Below are positions 49,736 to 61,379 of a stretch of DNA of 64,000 nt, one piece after another. Under the pieces are notes generated by a model. That model saw only the letters and a program-made list of their open reading frames with translations. It did not search any database and was not told the origin of the DNA. Location of the stretch: assembly GCA_963718615.1 (NCBI GenBank), contig OY970368.1, positions 3,040,001 through 3,104,000 on the forward strand. Reading direction: 5' to 3'. The translations under genes were made by a program, and so were the position numbers. Origin of the DNA: an uncultured cyanobacterium (GTDB taxonomy: Bacteria; Cyanobacteriota; Cyanobacteriia; PCC-9006; JAAUQQ01). Positions within the stretch are counted from its first letter, which is position 1, and the number at the start of each line of letters is the position of its first letter.

Positions 49736-52700
49736 ATGAATATTTTCAACCGCAAACGTGCCCACGCTCCTGAGGACAGTGACTCTCGTTCCAAATCTCT
49801 CCCAAAATCTCTCCCCTCCGCTTCATCTGCTCTGCCATCTGGAGGCCACCCTCCCACTGCAAAGGCGGATCTCAGCCTCAAGGAAGTCTTTATCTATGAA
49901 GAGGATGAAGCCTCTGAAATCCTTGCAACGCGGCCCATGGGAAATGCCTCAATCCCCGCCAATGCCATCCAGACAGAAGGGCGAGCTTCGATAGAGCCTC
50001 CGGTTCGAACCTATGTGGAGTCCCTGCGGCTAAGCGGGGGAAGTCCAGAAGCAGAGATGCAGGGCGATCGCCCTTCTAATGCCGATTCAAACACCGATTC
50101 AACTCATTCAGGATATCCCGTCATGGCAAGCGGCAACTATAACGGTCAATCATCAATGGCAACTCCCTATTCCCTCTTGCCCGGTGAAGCTGGACGTGAC
50201 CATGGTCCTGCGGGTACGGCCTCAGCCTCCGGAGAGGGTGCACTGAATGAGGCGGTGATTACGGCGGTGGAGCAACAGGTGCGTCACAACGTCATGGTGG
50301 CGAGTCAAGAGGAATTGAAGCAAGGTCGTCAGCAGCTTCAAACCATTGCCGCAGCGATTCGCAAAGCCAATGATCGGGAAACGGTGCTGAAGGCAGCGGT
50401 CATGGCTTTACGGGAGGCCCTGAAGAGCGATCGCGTCCTTTTTTGTCGCTGCACAGCTCCGGAGCAAGGCATCGTTGAAGCAGAATCCTTGGCAACGGGC
50501 TGGACACCGACCCAGGGGCAATATTTGCCGGTGTTGTTTTTTGGGGGAGAAACCCTTGAAGATTATCAAAATGGCCATGTCTATGCCTTTACACGTAGCC
50601 AAAGCCTAGAGTTTTCACCCTACCAAATTCAACTGTTTGAACAGTATCAAGTGAAGGCCAGCTTGGCGCTGCCAGTGATCTTGAATGAAAAACCTTGGGG
50701 TTTTTTAGTAACCCATCAATGTGGTCAGTATCGCCAGTGGCGAGAAACAGAAATTGACCTGATCTATCAAGTGGTGACTGAAATTCGGCTGAAGCTACAA
50801 GCGCTGGAATTTGAACAGGAATTTAAGCACCAGGTTGACCATGGCGCGGCCCTGGTAAAGGTGATTCAAAAAATTCAGCAGGCCACGGATGTTGAAGGCA
50901 TTTTTCGGACAGCCACGGCGGAATTGCGCAAGGCTTTGAATTGCGATCGCACCGCCATCTATCGCTTTAACGAAGACTGGACTGGCGAAGTTCTGGCGGA
51001 ATCGGTCGGTGCCGGATGGTTATCCCTCTTGAAGGAACAGGCCCGTGATTCCCAGACCTACGCGGATTTGATGCCGGAGGATTGCACGTTTGTGAATCTC
51101 TATCCCGGTGATCAGCAAATCATTACCTTTGAGCAGGAAGATGCGCTGCTACGCGACAGTGGTGGCGGTCAGTTTAACCAAGGCGTTCCCTTCCGCAAGA
51201 TTGATGATGTTTACGCCATGGGCTTCTCGGAATGCTATTTACAAATGTGTATGGAGAAGTTCCAGTGTCGAGCCTATATCCATGCACCGATTTTCCAAGA
51301 TGGCAAACTTTGGGGGATTCTTTGCGCCTATCAAAACGATGGCCCGCGTCAATGGACGATGGGAGAAGTCAATCTGTTGGTCAATCTGACGACCCCGCTG
51401 AATACGGCCCTCCAGCAAGCTCGAACCGTCCAACAAATGCAGGAGCAAACCCGGCAACTGTTTGAGGCAGCCAAGCGGGAGCAATTGGTCAGCAGCATGG
51501 TCAATCGGATTCACCAGTCCTTGGATGTGGGCCAAGTGTTTAAGACGACAACCCAGGAAGTGCGCCGCTTTTTGAAGTGCGATCGCGCCGTAGTCTATCG
51601 GTTTAACGAAGATTGGAGCGGTGAATTCATCGCCGAATCGGTGGGTTCTCGCCTCAACTCAATTCTGGGCAAAGGTTTTAGTGCGGAAATGGGCAACTGC
51701 CACAGCCTCACTAGCCTCTATCCCGGTGGTGTACCCCTGGATAGTCGGGACCCGAGAATTGCGGACTATAGCCGGGAGCATGGTCGCGATTACAACCGCA
51801 GCGGTTTCTTCCTGGATGATGTCGAAGCCTACGATCTCCCCGGCGATTTTCTCGACCAGATGGAGATGATTGGGGCACGGGCCTATTTGATGTCCGGTAT
51901 TTTTGTTGACGATCGCCTTTGGGGCATGCTGGCGGTGTATCACAGTCGTCCCTACCCTTGGCAGGAGGGCGATCGCCAACTCATGGCCCAAATTGCCAGC
52001 CAGTGCGGCTTAGCACTTCAGCAAGCGGAAGCGGTTGAAAAACTGAAACAGCAGTCCGAAAAACTGCAAGAGGCAGCAGAACGGGAACAGTCGGTCACTA
52101 GTTTGATTAACCGCATTCGCGAAAATCAAAAAACCGATTGGGTGTTCCGCACGGCGACCCAGGAAGTTCGCCGATTGCTGAGTTGTGATCGCACCGTCAT
52201 CTATCGGTTCAACGAAGATTGGAGCGGCGAAGTGGTTGCTGAATCCGTGGGGGGCGGCTGGATGCCCTTGCTACAACTCCAAAGCCAGGATGTTTCAATC
52301 CGTCAAGAGCTGATGTCTTCGGATACTTGTGTGGTCAAGTATTACGACGATGCCACGGTCCGGGATGAGAAATTTTACCAACAAGATACCTACCTGCGTG
52401 ATACTCGGGGCGGTGAATATGCCAAAGGGGCACGGTTCCGTCGGGTCGATGATGTCAAAGCCATGAACTTCCCGCTGTGCTACGCCCAAACCCTGGAGAA
52501 ATTCCAGTGCAAAGCCTACATCAACGTTCCGATTTTCCAAGGGGCAAAGCTTTGGGGATTGATGGCCGCTTACCAAAACGACAGCCCCCGCGAATGGCAA
52601 GAGGCAGACATCAATCTACTGTTGCAAATCGCCCCCCAGATTGGCTTGGCTCTCCAACAGTCCGAATACCTAGAGCAGCTTGAAGACCAGACACGGAAAC

Positions 52701-53725
52701 TACAAGAGTCTGCCGATCGCGACAAAGCAGCCAAGGAGCAGTTGCAGCAGCAGGTGGTGCAGTTGCTTAAGGCCGTGCGTCCGGCGCTGAGCGGCGACTT
52801 GACCGTGCGCGCGCCCATTACCGAAGATGCGGTGGGAACTGTGGCGGATGCCTACAACAACACGATTCACGCCCTGCGGCAAATTGTGGTTCAGGTGAAA
52901 GACGTGGCGACCCAGGTGGGGAGTACCTCGAAAACCAACAGCGAGGCGATCGCCCAACTCTCCCAACAATCCCAACAGGAAAAGCAGGTGATTGAACAGG
53001 CCCTGACGGAAATTCAGAGCATGCGCAGCGCCACCCAGGCAGTCACGACGGAGGCGGAGAAAGTTGAGGCGGCGGTCCAACAGGCTAACCAGGTAGTGAC
53101 CCGAGGGGATGCGGCGATGAATCGCACCGTCGATGGTATCCTGGCGATTCGGGCAACGGTGTCGGAAACCAGCAAGAAGATCAAGCGCCTGAGCGAATCG
53201 TCCCAGAAGATCTCCCGCGTGGTCAGTCTGATTGGGGATTTCACGACCCAAACCCAGCTCTTGGCGCTGAATGCAGCGATCGAAGCTACCCGCGCGGGCG
53301 AATATGGTCGGGGCTTTGCCGTGGTGGCCGACGAAGTGCGTTCCCTGGCTCGCCAATCCGCAGAAGCGACGACGGAAATCGAAAAACTCGTCCAGGAAAT
53401 CCAGGCGGAAACCAGCTCCGTGACCGAGGCCATGGACACGGGCATTGACCAGGTGGTCAGCGGTACGAATTTGGTCAACGAAACCCGCTCCAGCTTGACG
53501 GAAATCGTCGAAGCCACGGCCAAGATCAGCGAATTTGTCGAAGGCATCACTGCCTCCGCCGCCACCCAGAATCAACAGTTCCAATCCGTAGCCGAAGTCA
53601 TGACCGGCGTCACCCGGTTGGCCACCAAGACCTCCGAAGATTCCCTAGAAATCTCCGAGTCCTTCCAGGAACTGCTGGCGACGGCGGAATCCCTCCAAGC
53701 GACCGTCGGCAAATTCAAAGTCTAG
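49736..53725 (+). CDS. soluble four-GAF methyl-accepting (photo)receptor with cyanobacteriochrome GAFs (PixJ/PtxD-like)
   Basis: Four GAF repeats ([13 protein letters not shown]), CY bilin-attachment-like motifs in GAF2 and GAF4, MA domain [31 protein letters not shown]; no TM. Confidence 0.9.
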   Translation: MNIFNRKRAHAPEDSDSRSKSLPKSLPSASSALPSGGHPPTAKADLSLKEVFIYEEDEASEILATRPMGNASIPANAIQTEGRASIEPPVRTYVESLRLSGGSPEAEMQGDRPSNADSNTDSTHSGYPVMASGNYNGQSSMATPYSLLPGEAGRDHGPAGTASASGEGALNEAVITAVEQQVRHNVMVASQEELKQGRQQLQTIAAAIRKANDRETVLKAAVMALREALKSDRVLFCRCTAPEQGIVEAESLATGWTPTQGQYLPVLFFGGETLEDYQNGHVYAFTRSQSLEFSPYQIQLFEQYQVKASLALPVILNEKPWGFLVTHQCGQYRQWRETEIDLIYQVVTEIRLKLQALEFEQEFKHQVDHGAALVKVIQKIQQATDVEGIFRTATAELRKALNCDRTAIYRFNEDWTGEVLAESVGAGWLSLLKEQARDSQTYADLMPEDCTFVNLYPGDQQIITFEQEDALLRDSGGGQFNQGVPFRKIDDVYAMGFSECYLQMCMEKFQCRAYIHAPIFQDGKLWGILCAYQNDGPRQWTMGEVNLLVNLTTPLNTALQQARTVQQMQEQTRQLFEAAKREQLVSSMVNRIHQSLDVGQVFKTTTQEVRRFLKCDRAVVYRFNEDWSGEFIAESVGSRLNSILGKGFSAEMGNCHSLTSLYPGGVPLDSRDPRIADYSREHGRDYNRSGFFLDDVEAYDLPGDFLDQMEMIGARAYLMSGIFVDDRLWGMLAVYHSRPYPWQEGDRQLMAQIASQCGLALQQAEAVEKLKQQSEKLQEAAEREQSVTSLINRIRENQKTDWVFRTATQEVRRLLSCDRTVIYRFNEDWSGEVVAESVGGGWMPLLQLQSQDVSIRQELMSSDTCVVKYYDDATVRDEKFYQQDTYLRDTRGGEYAKGARFRRVDDVKAMNFPLCYAQTLEKFQCKAYINVPIFQGAKLWGLMAAYQNDSPREWQEADINLLLQIAPQIGLALQQSEYLEQLEDQTRKLQESADRDKAAKEQLQQQVVQLLKAVRPALSGDLTVRAPITEDAVGTVADAYNNTIHALRQIVVQVKDVATQVGSTSKTNSEAIAQLSQQSQQEKQVIEQALTEIQSMRSATQAVTTEAEKVEAAVQQANQVVTRGDAAMNRTVDGILAIRATVSETSKKIKRLSESSQKISRVVSLIGDFTTQTQLLALNAAIEATRAGEYGRGFAVVADEVRSLARQSAEATTEIEKLVQEIQAETSSVTEAMDTGIDQVVSGTNLVNETRSSLTEIVEATAKISEFVEGITASAATQNQQFQSVAEVMTGVTRLATKTSEDSLEISESFQELLATAESLQATVGKFKV

Positions 53726-53899
53726 CGGACCTACGGTTGAAACCCGGATCTCTGGTGAAAGGCAGGTTTGGCCAAGGGCTTGGGTCTACTCCCTCGTCTT
53801 CAGGTCAAAACCTGCCCCTACCGGCTCCTCCTGAGCTTGATTAAATTCGTATTCCTTGGATTGATTTGCGATCGCCCGTCCCACTCACGTCTCCCTGTC

Positions 53900-56800
53900 A
53901 TGGCCACTGATCCGACTGTCCGCGAAGAAGCGTTTCCTTACTTTGTGAGCGAAGCAAACGACCTGTTGCAAAACATCGAACAGGATTTGCTGAGTTTGCG
54001 GGAAGACCGAACCTCAGCGAAGATTCATAGCCTGATGCGCTCAGCCCACACCCTCAAAGGGGCAGCGGCAACGGTGGGCTTAGAAACGGTTAAGCATGTG
54101 GCCCATGTGCTTGAAGATGTTTTTCGGGCGCTTTACAACCCTGACATTGACATTGACGACGAAGTTGAAGCCCTGCTGTTTGAGGGCTATGACTGTTTGC
54201 GATCGCCCCTGATGGCCGAAATCCACGGCAGTCCGGTGGATGAGTCGGATATTTTCAACCGGGCGGCGGCGATTATTTCGCGACTTCAGGACAAGCTCGG
54301 CGATTTGTTTGACCGCGAAACCCCGATCCCGACCTCTGAGGAGTTGGGCTTTGATGTGGTGCAGTCGATGTTTGAAGTGGGAGTCGAACAGCGGCTCAAT
54401 ACCCTGGCGGCCATGCTGGAGACGGCATCTCCAGAGGAGATGATGGTTCAACTGAAAACCATGGCTGAAGTGTTCTGGGGCTTAGCAGAATCGCTGCAAC
54501 TGCCGGGTTTTGGGCGGATTGCACAGCTCAGTTTAGAAGCTCTGGAGGCCAATCCAGGGGAACAGCGGCAGGTGATCGAGGTAGCCTATGGCGATCTTCG
54601 GGCTGCCCAGCAGGCAGTACTGACGGGCGATCGCACCCAAGGGGGGCAGGCTTCGGCGCGGCTGGAACAGTTGGCCCAGGGATTGGTTGACTCTGAGCCT
54701 CAATCGGAGATGAGCAAGCCGGATACGCAGTCCGTTTCACAGCCCAGCTCACAGCCCAGTTCGCAGACTAGCTCACAGCCCCTGCCTCTCGACATCGGCG
54801 CGAGTCTTGATGCTCTGTTTGGCGAAGGTCCCGTGCTGGATCTCGCCTTTGAAGAAGGGATGGAGGAAGCAGCGGAAGAGCAGGGAATGGAAGCTGCTTT
54901 TGGCAATTTAGACCAGCTCTTTGGGGCCGTAAATCCTGAGGATCTAGCGATGGGGTTTGAACTGGCCCTGTCCCCTATTTTGCCAATGACAGGGACGCTG
55001 GGTGAAGCCACAGCGGAAGAAGAAGTAGAGGTAGAAGCGGAGGTAGAGGCAACTGCCCAAGCGATTGCCCGATTGGAACCCCTGCCAGAGTTTTTAGTTT
55101 CGGAAGCTTTAACTTTGGAAGCGTTAACTTCGGAAGCTTTAACTTCAGAGCCTAAGGTCGTTGATTTGGCACCGATTGATCTAACGCAATCGACGCCAAC
55201 AGCATCAGTACCGACATCATCAGCGCCAACAGCACCGACACCGGCAATCCAAGCGCTCTCCGTACCCGTAGCTTCTGTATCCAGTTCTCGATCCGTAAGC
55301 ACCAAAGCCGCTGTTCCCATCGCCTCATCCGCTGATACGGCCCATCGCAAGGGGGCTCAAGTCAATGTCCGGGTGGGACTAGAGCAGGTTCTGCAACTGG
55401 ATCACTGGGTGGGTGAACTGCTCACCAATCAAATTCAAACCACCGAAGAAGACGAACAGCTTCGGGCCGGAATTCGAGAGCTGCTGGAGCAACTGCGGCA
55501 CCATCGCCGGACCTTGGGTGATCTGCAAAGCTGTGCCCAACAAATCGGCTTGGATGAATGGGAGCTCGATCGCCGCTTAATTCCCAAACCCACCGAGAGT
55601 CCAAAGGTTTCTAGCCGGATCGCCATCCCCCAACTTCCCCTCAGCGCTCAGTTTGATGCCCTAGAAATGGATCGCTATAGCGATCTGCATATCTTTACCC
55701 AAAAGGCACTCAACGAAGCCGTCCAGCTTGAAATCGTGATCGAAGCCGTTGATCAACTCACCAAACGCACCCGCCAAACCCGCGACTCTCGCCAGCGCTT
55801 GTTCCAGCAACTGCGCGATGGCTTAGCAGCGGTGCGCCTCAAACCCATTAGCGAACTCTTCAATCGCTTTCCCCGCGTCTTGCAACAGCTTTGTACCACC
55901 TATGGCAAACCGGTCAATCTGACCCTGACGGGTTCCCATGTTTTGGTGGATAAAGTCACCCTAGATTCGCTCTACGATTCGCTGTTGCACTTGGTGCGTA
56001 ATGCCTTTGACCATGGCATCGAAGACCCCGAAAAGCGCTTGGCCCAGGGTAAACCAGCCGTCGGCCAAATCGAACTTTGTGCCTACCATCAAGGCAATCG
56101 CACAGTGATTGAAATTCGTGACGATGGTCAAGGGGTGAATCTGCAACGCATTGCGGAAAAAGCCATTAGCCAAGGGCTGCTCGATGCCACGGCCACAGAC
56201 CAAATTTCAGAAGCCGAGTTGCTGGAATTTCTTTTTCATTCGGGCTTTTCCACCGCTTCCCAGGTCAGTGATTTATCCGGTCGTGGGGTGGGGCTGGATG
56301 TGGTGCGATCGCAAATCGAAAAACTCGAAGGCTCGCTCTCGGTTCGCTCAGAGGAAGGGAAAGGCACCACGTTCCTCCTCTATCTGCCCCTTTCGGTGAC
56401 GATTACCAAACAGCTCATTTGTTTGAGCAACGGCAACTCCTATGCGATCGCCGCCGACTCTGTCCAGCAAGTTCTCTTACCCCGCCCCGGTCAGCTTCGC
56501 ACCCTGGGAGACGGTCGGTTGGTCCTCAATTATCGTCAAGCAGAGACCGAAATCCCGATTCCGGTTCAGCCCCTGGCCCATCTAATTCGTTATGCCGAAG
56601 GCAGCGGACAGCACTCAGCGCCCGCCATGGCCGAGAAATCTCCGATTTTGCTCATCGCTTGTCCAGAAGGATTGCGCGGCATTCAGGTGGATCAGGTCAT
56701 TGGAGAACAGGAGGTGTCGATCCGCAGCTTGGGAACGGCGATCGCCCCCCCTCCCTGTATTCAAGGCTGTACGGTTCTGGGAGATAACAATTTGGCCCTG

Positions 56801-57307
56801 GCGATCGAGCCTCAGACACTGCTCGCCCAAACCTACGAAGCGGCCCAGGCGCGGACCATTGCTATTGGGTTGCAAAGCGCGAAGAGCGGACTGCGACGAC
56901 AGCCGAACGGTCCCCAAGCGCCTCGGGTTTTGATTGTGGATGATTCTCTCACCCAGCGCCGGACGCTCGAACGCACCTTGGTCACCGTGGGCTACGAGGT
57001 GGAGCAGGCGGAAGATGGTCTCGAAGCCTTGATTCGCTTGAAGCAGGAAACGGGATTTGATCTCATCGTTTGCGATTTGGAAATGCCTCGGATGAATGGC
57101 TTTGAGTTTTTGAGCCAGAAACACGGCTTGAGTCAAAACGCCCAAATTCCCGTGATTATTTTGACCTCTCGCGGCGGCAGCAAATATCGACAGCTTGCCC
57201 TCGGGCTGGGAGCGGCGGCGTTCTTGAGCAAACCCTATACCGATTACGAGTTGCTCAACCAAGTTGCTGAATTGATTCAGACCCAAAAACCGGCGGCTGT
57301 CCGCTAG
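53900..57307 (+). CDS. cheA: hybrid CheA kinase/response regulator (PixL-like)
   Basis: Hpt AHTLKG, HLVRNAFDHG, DDGQG, SGRGVGLDVV, CheW domain, C-terminal receiver. Confidence 0.93.
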   Translation: MATDPTVREEAFPYFVSEANDLLQNIEQDLLSLREDRTSAKIHSLMRSAHTLKGAAATVGLETVKHVAHVLEDVFRALYNPDIDIDDEVEALLFEGYDCLRSPLMAEIHGSPVDESDIFNRAAAIISRLQDKLGDLFDRETPIPTSEELGFDVVQSMFEVGVEQRLNTLAAMLETASPEEMMVQLKTMAEVFWGLAESLQLPGFGRIAQLSLEALEANPGEQRQVIEVAYGDLRAAQQAVLTGDRTQGGQASARLEQLAQGLVDSEPQSEMSKPDTQSVSQPSSQPSSQTSSQPLPLDIGASLDALFGEGPVLDLAFEEGMEEAAEEQGMEAAFGNLDQLFGAVNPEDLAMGFELALSPILPMTGTLGEATAEEEVEVEAEVEATAQAIARLEPLPEFLVSEALTLEALTSEALTSEPKVVDLAPIDLTQSTPTASVPTSSAPTAPTPAIQALSVPVASVSSSRSVSTKAAVPIASSADTAHRKGAQVNVRVGLEQVLQLDHWVGELLTNQIQTTEEDEQLRAGIRELLEQLRHHRRTLGDLQSCAQQIGLDEWELDRRLIPKPTESPKVSSRIAIPQLPLSAQFDALEMDRYSDLHIFTQKALNEAVQLEIVIEAVDQLTKRTRQTRDSRQRLFQQLRDGLAAVRLKPISELFNRFPRVLQQLCTTYGKPVNLTLTGSHVLVDKVTLDSLYDSLLHLVRNAFDHGIEDPEKRLAQGKPAVGQIELCAYHQGNRTVIEIRDDGQGVNLQRIAEKAISQGLLDATATDQISEAELLEFLFHSGFSTASQVSDLSGRGVGLDVVRSQIEKLEGSLSVRSEEGKGTTFLLYLPLSVTITKQLICLSNGNSYAIAADSVQQVLLPRPGQLRTLGDGRLVLNYRQAETEIPIPVQPLAHLIRYAEGSGQHSAPAMAEKSPILLIACPEGLRGIQVDQVIGEQEVSIRSLGTAIAPPPCIQGCTVLGDNNLALAIEPQTLLAQTYEAAQARTIAIGLQSAKSGLRRQPNGPQAPRVLIVDDSLTQRRTLERTLVTVGYEVEQAEDGLEALIRLKQETGFDLIVCDLEMPRMNGFEFLSQKHGLSQNAQIPVIILTSRGGSKYRQLALGLGAAAFLSKPYTDYELLNQVAELIQTQKPAAVR

Positions 57308-57347
57308 CAACGGTCCGCTAAATCCTGTTCACGTTCGGATATCATCC

Positions 57348-57911
57348 ATGCAAACTTCTGCCCCTGGGGCGCTCCCCCAAACCTGTAAAGCAGTGGTCCT
57401 GATGACCGCAGGTTACCGATTTGCGCTGCCGTTGAATGCGATCGCCCGCATCCTTCACGAATCGCTCTTGCAGCAGGATCCGCAAGTTCCAGACTTGGTT
57501 TATTTTGAGAACCAACCGCTGGAGCAAGTCTATTTCAATCGCCTTCTCTCGCCTATTTCCGCAGCTCACGCTCCTGTGGCGCAACCGTTTTTTGTTCTGG
57601 TGGAAGTAAACCAAAGACGGCTGGCGATCGCCGTCGATAATCCGCCCGTGATGATGGAGTTGCCCCTGACCGAGGTTTGCGAAATTCCTGCTACCTACAG
57701 CCGCACGCTCCAAGGTTTAGCACGGCAAATGGTCACGCTTGACCTCACCAAAGCCAGCAAGACAGCGGCCAAAACCGAAGGATCAACCCCTGGGCTGATG
57801 GCTGGCCATTTGGCATTAGGGCCACAACCCAGCGGACGCCTCAGTATTTTTCTCCTCGATCTCCACCAGGTTATCCGTCGGATGGATGCGATAGCAGTCG
57901 TCCCAGCCTAA
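57348..57911 (+). CDS. second CheW-like protein
   Basis: Last gene of the Che cluster; FALPL..I.RI, LAIAVD.PP, EIPATY pattern. Confidence 0.7.
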   Translation: MQTSAPGALPQTCKAVVLMTAGYRFALPLNAIARILHESLLQQDPQVPDLVYFENQPLEQVYFNRLLSPISAAHAPVAQPFFVLVEVNQRRLAIAVDNPPVMMELPLTEVCEIPATYSRTLQGLARQMVTLDLTKASKTAAKTEGSTPGLMAGHLALGPQPSGRLSIFLLDLHQVIRRMDAIAVVPA

Positions 57912-57940
57912 GATCCATGTCAAGCAAAATCCCCCTGAAT

Positions 57941-57992
57941 AGCGCAAGAACCTCGTTGTGGCATCCGTTTATCCGCGAGTTCTTGCGCTTTC
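57941..57992 (+). terminator. long hairpin ending the Che cluster
   Basis: AGCGCAAGAAC(C)TCG...CGAGTTCTTGCGCT followed by a short T run. Confidence 0.55.
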
Positions 57993-58278
57993 AATATTGC
58001 GGTAAAGACTCAATAAAGAACCGCCTCAGTAATTTTCCCATCCTTGATTCAAAATATATTTGAACTCTGGGTGATTACTCTGCCTGCATAGTCGCAAATA
58101 GCACTAATCCGCAAATATCCCTCAGCCCCCAGATATTGCCCCCGTCCCGCCAAAACCTGAGGCGTTTAGCGCCCTGGCTTGAGGTGGAGATGGGCGATCG
58201 CCCAGCATCATCAACGGGGGGTGTCGCTGTATCCGACACTGCCTAGCCGATGCCTTGCTGTCTATATGCAATATCTAA

Positions 58279-58512
58279 ATGAAGCGCTTTTATCTCGTGC
58301 GAACCGCTTGGATTACCCTGCTGTCGCTTATTTCTCTATGTGTAACGCTTCAGGTGCTGTCCCGCAAAAACTCTACTTCGCTGGCGCTTTCCCAGCAAGA
58401 GATCTATCCCACAGCGTTACCCTGGATTCAAACCCCGGCAGATTGCATCGGTCGCACCCGTCAGTGGAAAAATAATCTTTGTTTCGAATCGGACCATAAT
58501 CGGGAGTTCTAG
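58279..58512 (+). CDS. small membrane-anchored hypothetical protein (77 aa)
   Basis: N-terminal TM; C-terminal WIQTPADC..R.W..LC..H..F motif. Confidence 0.55.
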   Translation: MKRFYLVRTAWITLLSLISLCVTLQVLSRKNSTSLALSQQEIYPTALPWIQTPADCIGRTRQWKNNLCFESDHNREF

Positions 58513-58717
58513 GGAGGAGGTTTGGCCATTGCCCGGAGACAGAGCTTTCAACCAGGGCGGATAGGCTGCTGAGGTTAGAAAAATTTGCTAGAAGAGAGCT
58601 AGAGATGGGCAACCTCCGGTTAGCGTTCCTCTGGTTAGCTTTATTCAGTCAGGCAGATTGCAGGACTACCTTTGCCCCAAATCCTTTCGAATCCTGTCCG
58701 CCCTGTGAGAAGTCTTT

Positions 58718-60418
58718 ATGAGCGTTATACGCAATACTGCCCTAGCCCTGGGCCTGACAACCGTGGTGGCCGCAGGAGCGGGTGCCTATGTGTATCGCAA
58801 TGGGTGGCCTTGGGGCGATCGCCCCTCCAGCGCCTACGCCCAAGTGATTCCCGATGATGCAACCCTAGCCCTGCATGTTTCCACGGATCCTCAACGGTGG
58901 GGACAGCTCCAACCCTTTGGCAGTCCCCAGATCAAGCGTCAGTTGACCGCCCAGGCTCAAACCTGGGAGCAGCAACTGCTGACCCATTCGGGGATTTCCC
59001 TCGAAAAGGATGTATTGCCTTGGGTCGATGGCGTGACGTTGGCAATGCTGGCCGCGACAGAGGTCCAGTCGGCGTCAGGCCCTGAGTTTTTAGCGGTGGT
59101 GGGCATCAAAAACCCAGCCAAAGCCCTGGGATTGATGCAGAAGCTGGGCCAAAATTCTGAGGTTAAAATCAAAACCCTGGACCATCAAGGCGTCAAAATT
59201 TCTGAGCTGCTTCCCCAGGGAAAAACGCCGTCGGGCTCTCCCGCCAATCCCCTCTATGCCGCCATGGTCAAGCGACAGTTGGTGATTGCGCCCACCCGCC
59301 GTCCGATTGAAATGGCGATCGAAGCTTCCCAGGGGGATCCATCCTTTGCCGACCTACCGGGCGTGTCGGCGGCGCTGCAAGATACATTGCAATTAAAAAC
59401 GCCCCTCGCCCATCTCTATGTACCCGACTACAGCCAATTTGTCGGTCAGCTCATGACCGCTTCTCCCGACGCCGCACCCCTATCTCCTCAGATGCGAAAA
59501 CAACTTGAGCAAGTTGGTGCCATTCATCTCGGGCTGGGGGTAGAGGGGGAAGGACTCCATCTCAAAACCGTGGCGGCGGTCGATCCGAGCCTACGTCCGG
59601 CCAACTATCAGCCCAGCTCCAATCAGGCCCAGGCTCGATTCCCCGTAAATACCATCGCCTTCTTCAACGGTTCGGGCCTTAGCCAATCTTGGGACAAAAT
59701 GGCAACGCAATCCAGTACCTTGCCTGAAAGTGCTCTGGTCCTCAATCTGCTCCGCAATAGTGCAACCCAGGCCAATCTCGACCTGGATCGCGAGGTGGTC
59801 AGTTGGATGACGGGGGAATTTGCCGTGGGTATCGTGCCGGTGGATCAGGGGGTAGTGGGTCAAGTGGGAATTGGTACGGCGCTGGTGTTGGATAGTGGCG
59901 ATCGCCCCACCACCGAAGCAACACTCACCAAACTCGATCGCTTGGCAGCAAAAAATACACTCAAACTCAGCCAGCGCCAGGTGGGCTCCACGCAGATCAC
60001 CGAATGGTTGGCCCCCACGCCCCAGCCGGAAGCCCTAGTGGGTCACGGCTGGCTGGATGCCGATTCGGTATTTATTGCCCTAGGTCAGCCCTTGGTGGAA
60101 ACCTTGGCCAAACCGCCCCAGCAAAGTCTGTTGGCTAATCCGGTTTATCAGACGGTGATGGCCAAACTGCCATCGAAGGGCATGGGGTATGGCTTTGTGA
60201 ACTTTGAGCAGGCGATCGCCACAGCCCAACGGTCTCCCTTCGCCAGCTTAGTGGCCAATGGCCAGACGATCGAAGTCCTCAGTTCGATTCAAGGCCTTGG
60301 CCTAGCCTCCAGTTGGGAACAGGCGGATCGCTCCACCCTTGAGGTTTACCTGGCGCTAAAGACAACCCAAGATCTGGAAGCCCAGGCTCAGCGCCAGACT
60401 CAGCTCACCCCAAACTAG
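58718..60418 (+). CDS. DUF3352 domain-containing exported protein
   Basis: N-terminal anchor, AQVIPDDA, KDVLPWV, WMTGEFAVG, HGWLD. Confidence 0.8.
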   Translation: MSVIRNTALALGLTTVVAAGAGAYVYRNGWPWGDRPSSAYAQVIPDDATLALHVSTDPQRWGQLQPFGSPQIKRQLTAQAQTWEQQLLTHSGISLEKDVLPWVDGVTLAMLAATEVQSASGPEFLAVVGIKNPAKALGLMQKLGQNSEVKIKTLDHQGVKISELLPQGKTPSGSPANPLYAAMVKRQLVIAPTRRPIEMAIEASQGDPSFADLPGVSAALQDTLQLKTPLAHLYVPDYSQFVGQLMTASPDAAPLSPQMRKQLEQVGAIHLGLGVEGEGLHLKTVAAVDPSLRPANYQPSSNQAQARFPVNTIAFFNGSGLSQSWDKMATQSSTLPESALVLNLLRNSATQANLDLDREVVSWMTGEFAVGIVPVDQGVVGQVGIGTALVLDSGDRPTTEATLTKLDRLAAKNTLKLSQRQVGSTQITEWLAPTPQPEALVGHGWLDADSVFIALGQPLVETLAKPPQQSLLANPVYQTVMAKLPSKGMGYGFVNFEQAIATAQRSPFASLVANGQTIEVLSSIQGLGLASSWEQADRSTLEVYLALKTTQDLEAQAQRQTQLTPN

Positions 60419-60451
60419 ACCCCAAACTAGACCCCAAACTAGACCCTAAAC
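60407..60451. repeat. 12-bp tandem repeat ACCCCAAACTAG x3.5
   Basis: Directly visible across the DUF3352 stop. Confidence 0.8.
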
Positions 60452-60469
60452 CCAATCAGCAAGCGGCCC

Positions 60470-61237
60470 CTAAAGCATCACCGCCTGGAGCAGCTCCTCT
60501 GAGATCTCAAAATTGGCGGTCACGGTTTGGACATCGTCCAAATCATCCAGGGCATTCATCAGCTTCAGCAGTGGCTTTGCTTGATCCAACGACGTGATCT
60601 CCACAGCATTGCCCGGAATCCAGCGCAGCTCAGCCTCGCGGACCTGATACCGCTTGGCCTTGAGCACTTGGCTGAGGGTTTCGAGATTGCTCACCGCTGT
60701 CAACACCTCTGCCCCGGTTTCTGCTTCCGCTTCAAAGAGGTCATAGGATTCCGCTCCCCCTTCGAGGGATGCCTCCAGCAAGGCTTCTTCATCGATGGGT
60801 CCAGTCACCACCACCACGCCTTTATGGGAAAACATCCAGCTCACGCAGCCAGTTTCCCCGAGGTTGCCGCCATTTTTACTAAAGGCCACCCGTAGGTCAG
60901 CAGCGGTGCGGTTGCGGTTGTCGGTTAGGGCTTCGATTAAAATGGCCACGCCCCCTGGCCCATAGCCCTCGTAGCGAATCGCCTCAAAGCGGTTGCCTTC
61001 TTCTTCGTAGGTGCCCGCTCCTTTGGCGATCGCCCGTTCAATATTGTCATTGGGAATTCCAGCGGCCTTGGCTTTTTCGATCGCCGACCGCAATTGAAAA
61101 TTGCCTTCCGGATCTGGCAATCCCGTGCGGGCCGCCACAATAATTTCACGGGCAATTTTGGTAAAAACTTTTCCTTTTTTGGCATCGACCACCGCCTTTT
61201 GGCGCTTGATGTTAGCCCACTTACTATGTCCTGCCAT
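60470..61237 (-). CDS. yebC: YebC/PmpR family regulator
   Basis: MAGHSKWANIK, YEGYGPGG, LTDNRNRT, DLDDVQ. Confidence 0.95.
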   Translation of the reverse strand: MAGHSKWANIKRQKAVVDAKKGKVFTKIAREIIVAARTGLPDPEGNFQLRSAIEKAKAAGIPNDNIERAIAKGAGTYEEEGNRFEAIRYEGYGPGGVAILIEALTDNRNRTAADLRVAFSKNGGNLGETGCVSWMFSHKGVVVVTGPIDEEALLEASLEGGAESYDLFEAEAETGAEVLTAVSNLETLSQVLKAKRYQVREAELRWIPGNAVEITSLDQAKPLLKLMNALDDLDDVQTVTANFEISEELLQAVML

Positions 61238-61379
61238 ATCTCCTGCAATGGGGGCGCGAATTCAACCCGTATTTTGCTTTTCCTACAATAATTCCCCGGA
61301 GGACCCTGCAACTTAGACAACATCACAGAAGTCGAAGGAAGAAGACTAAAATAAAGGCGACTTAGCGGAGGTCCGAGCG

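Noticed and set aside
52700-53584. 294-aa and other long antisense ORFs (also 28392-29081, 54700-55350, 56615-57310)
   Set aside because: Shadow frames of GC-biased real genes, with no recognisable motifs
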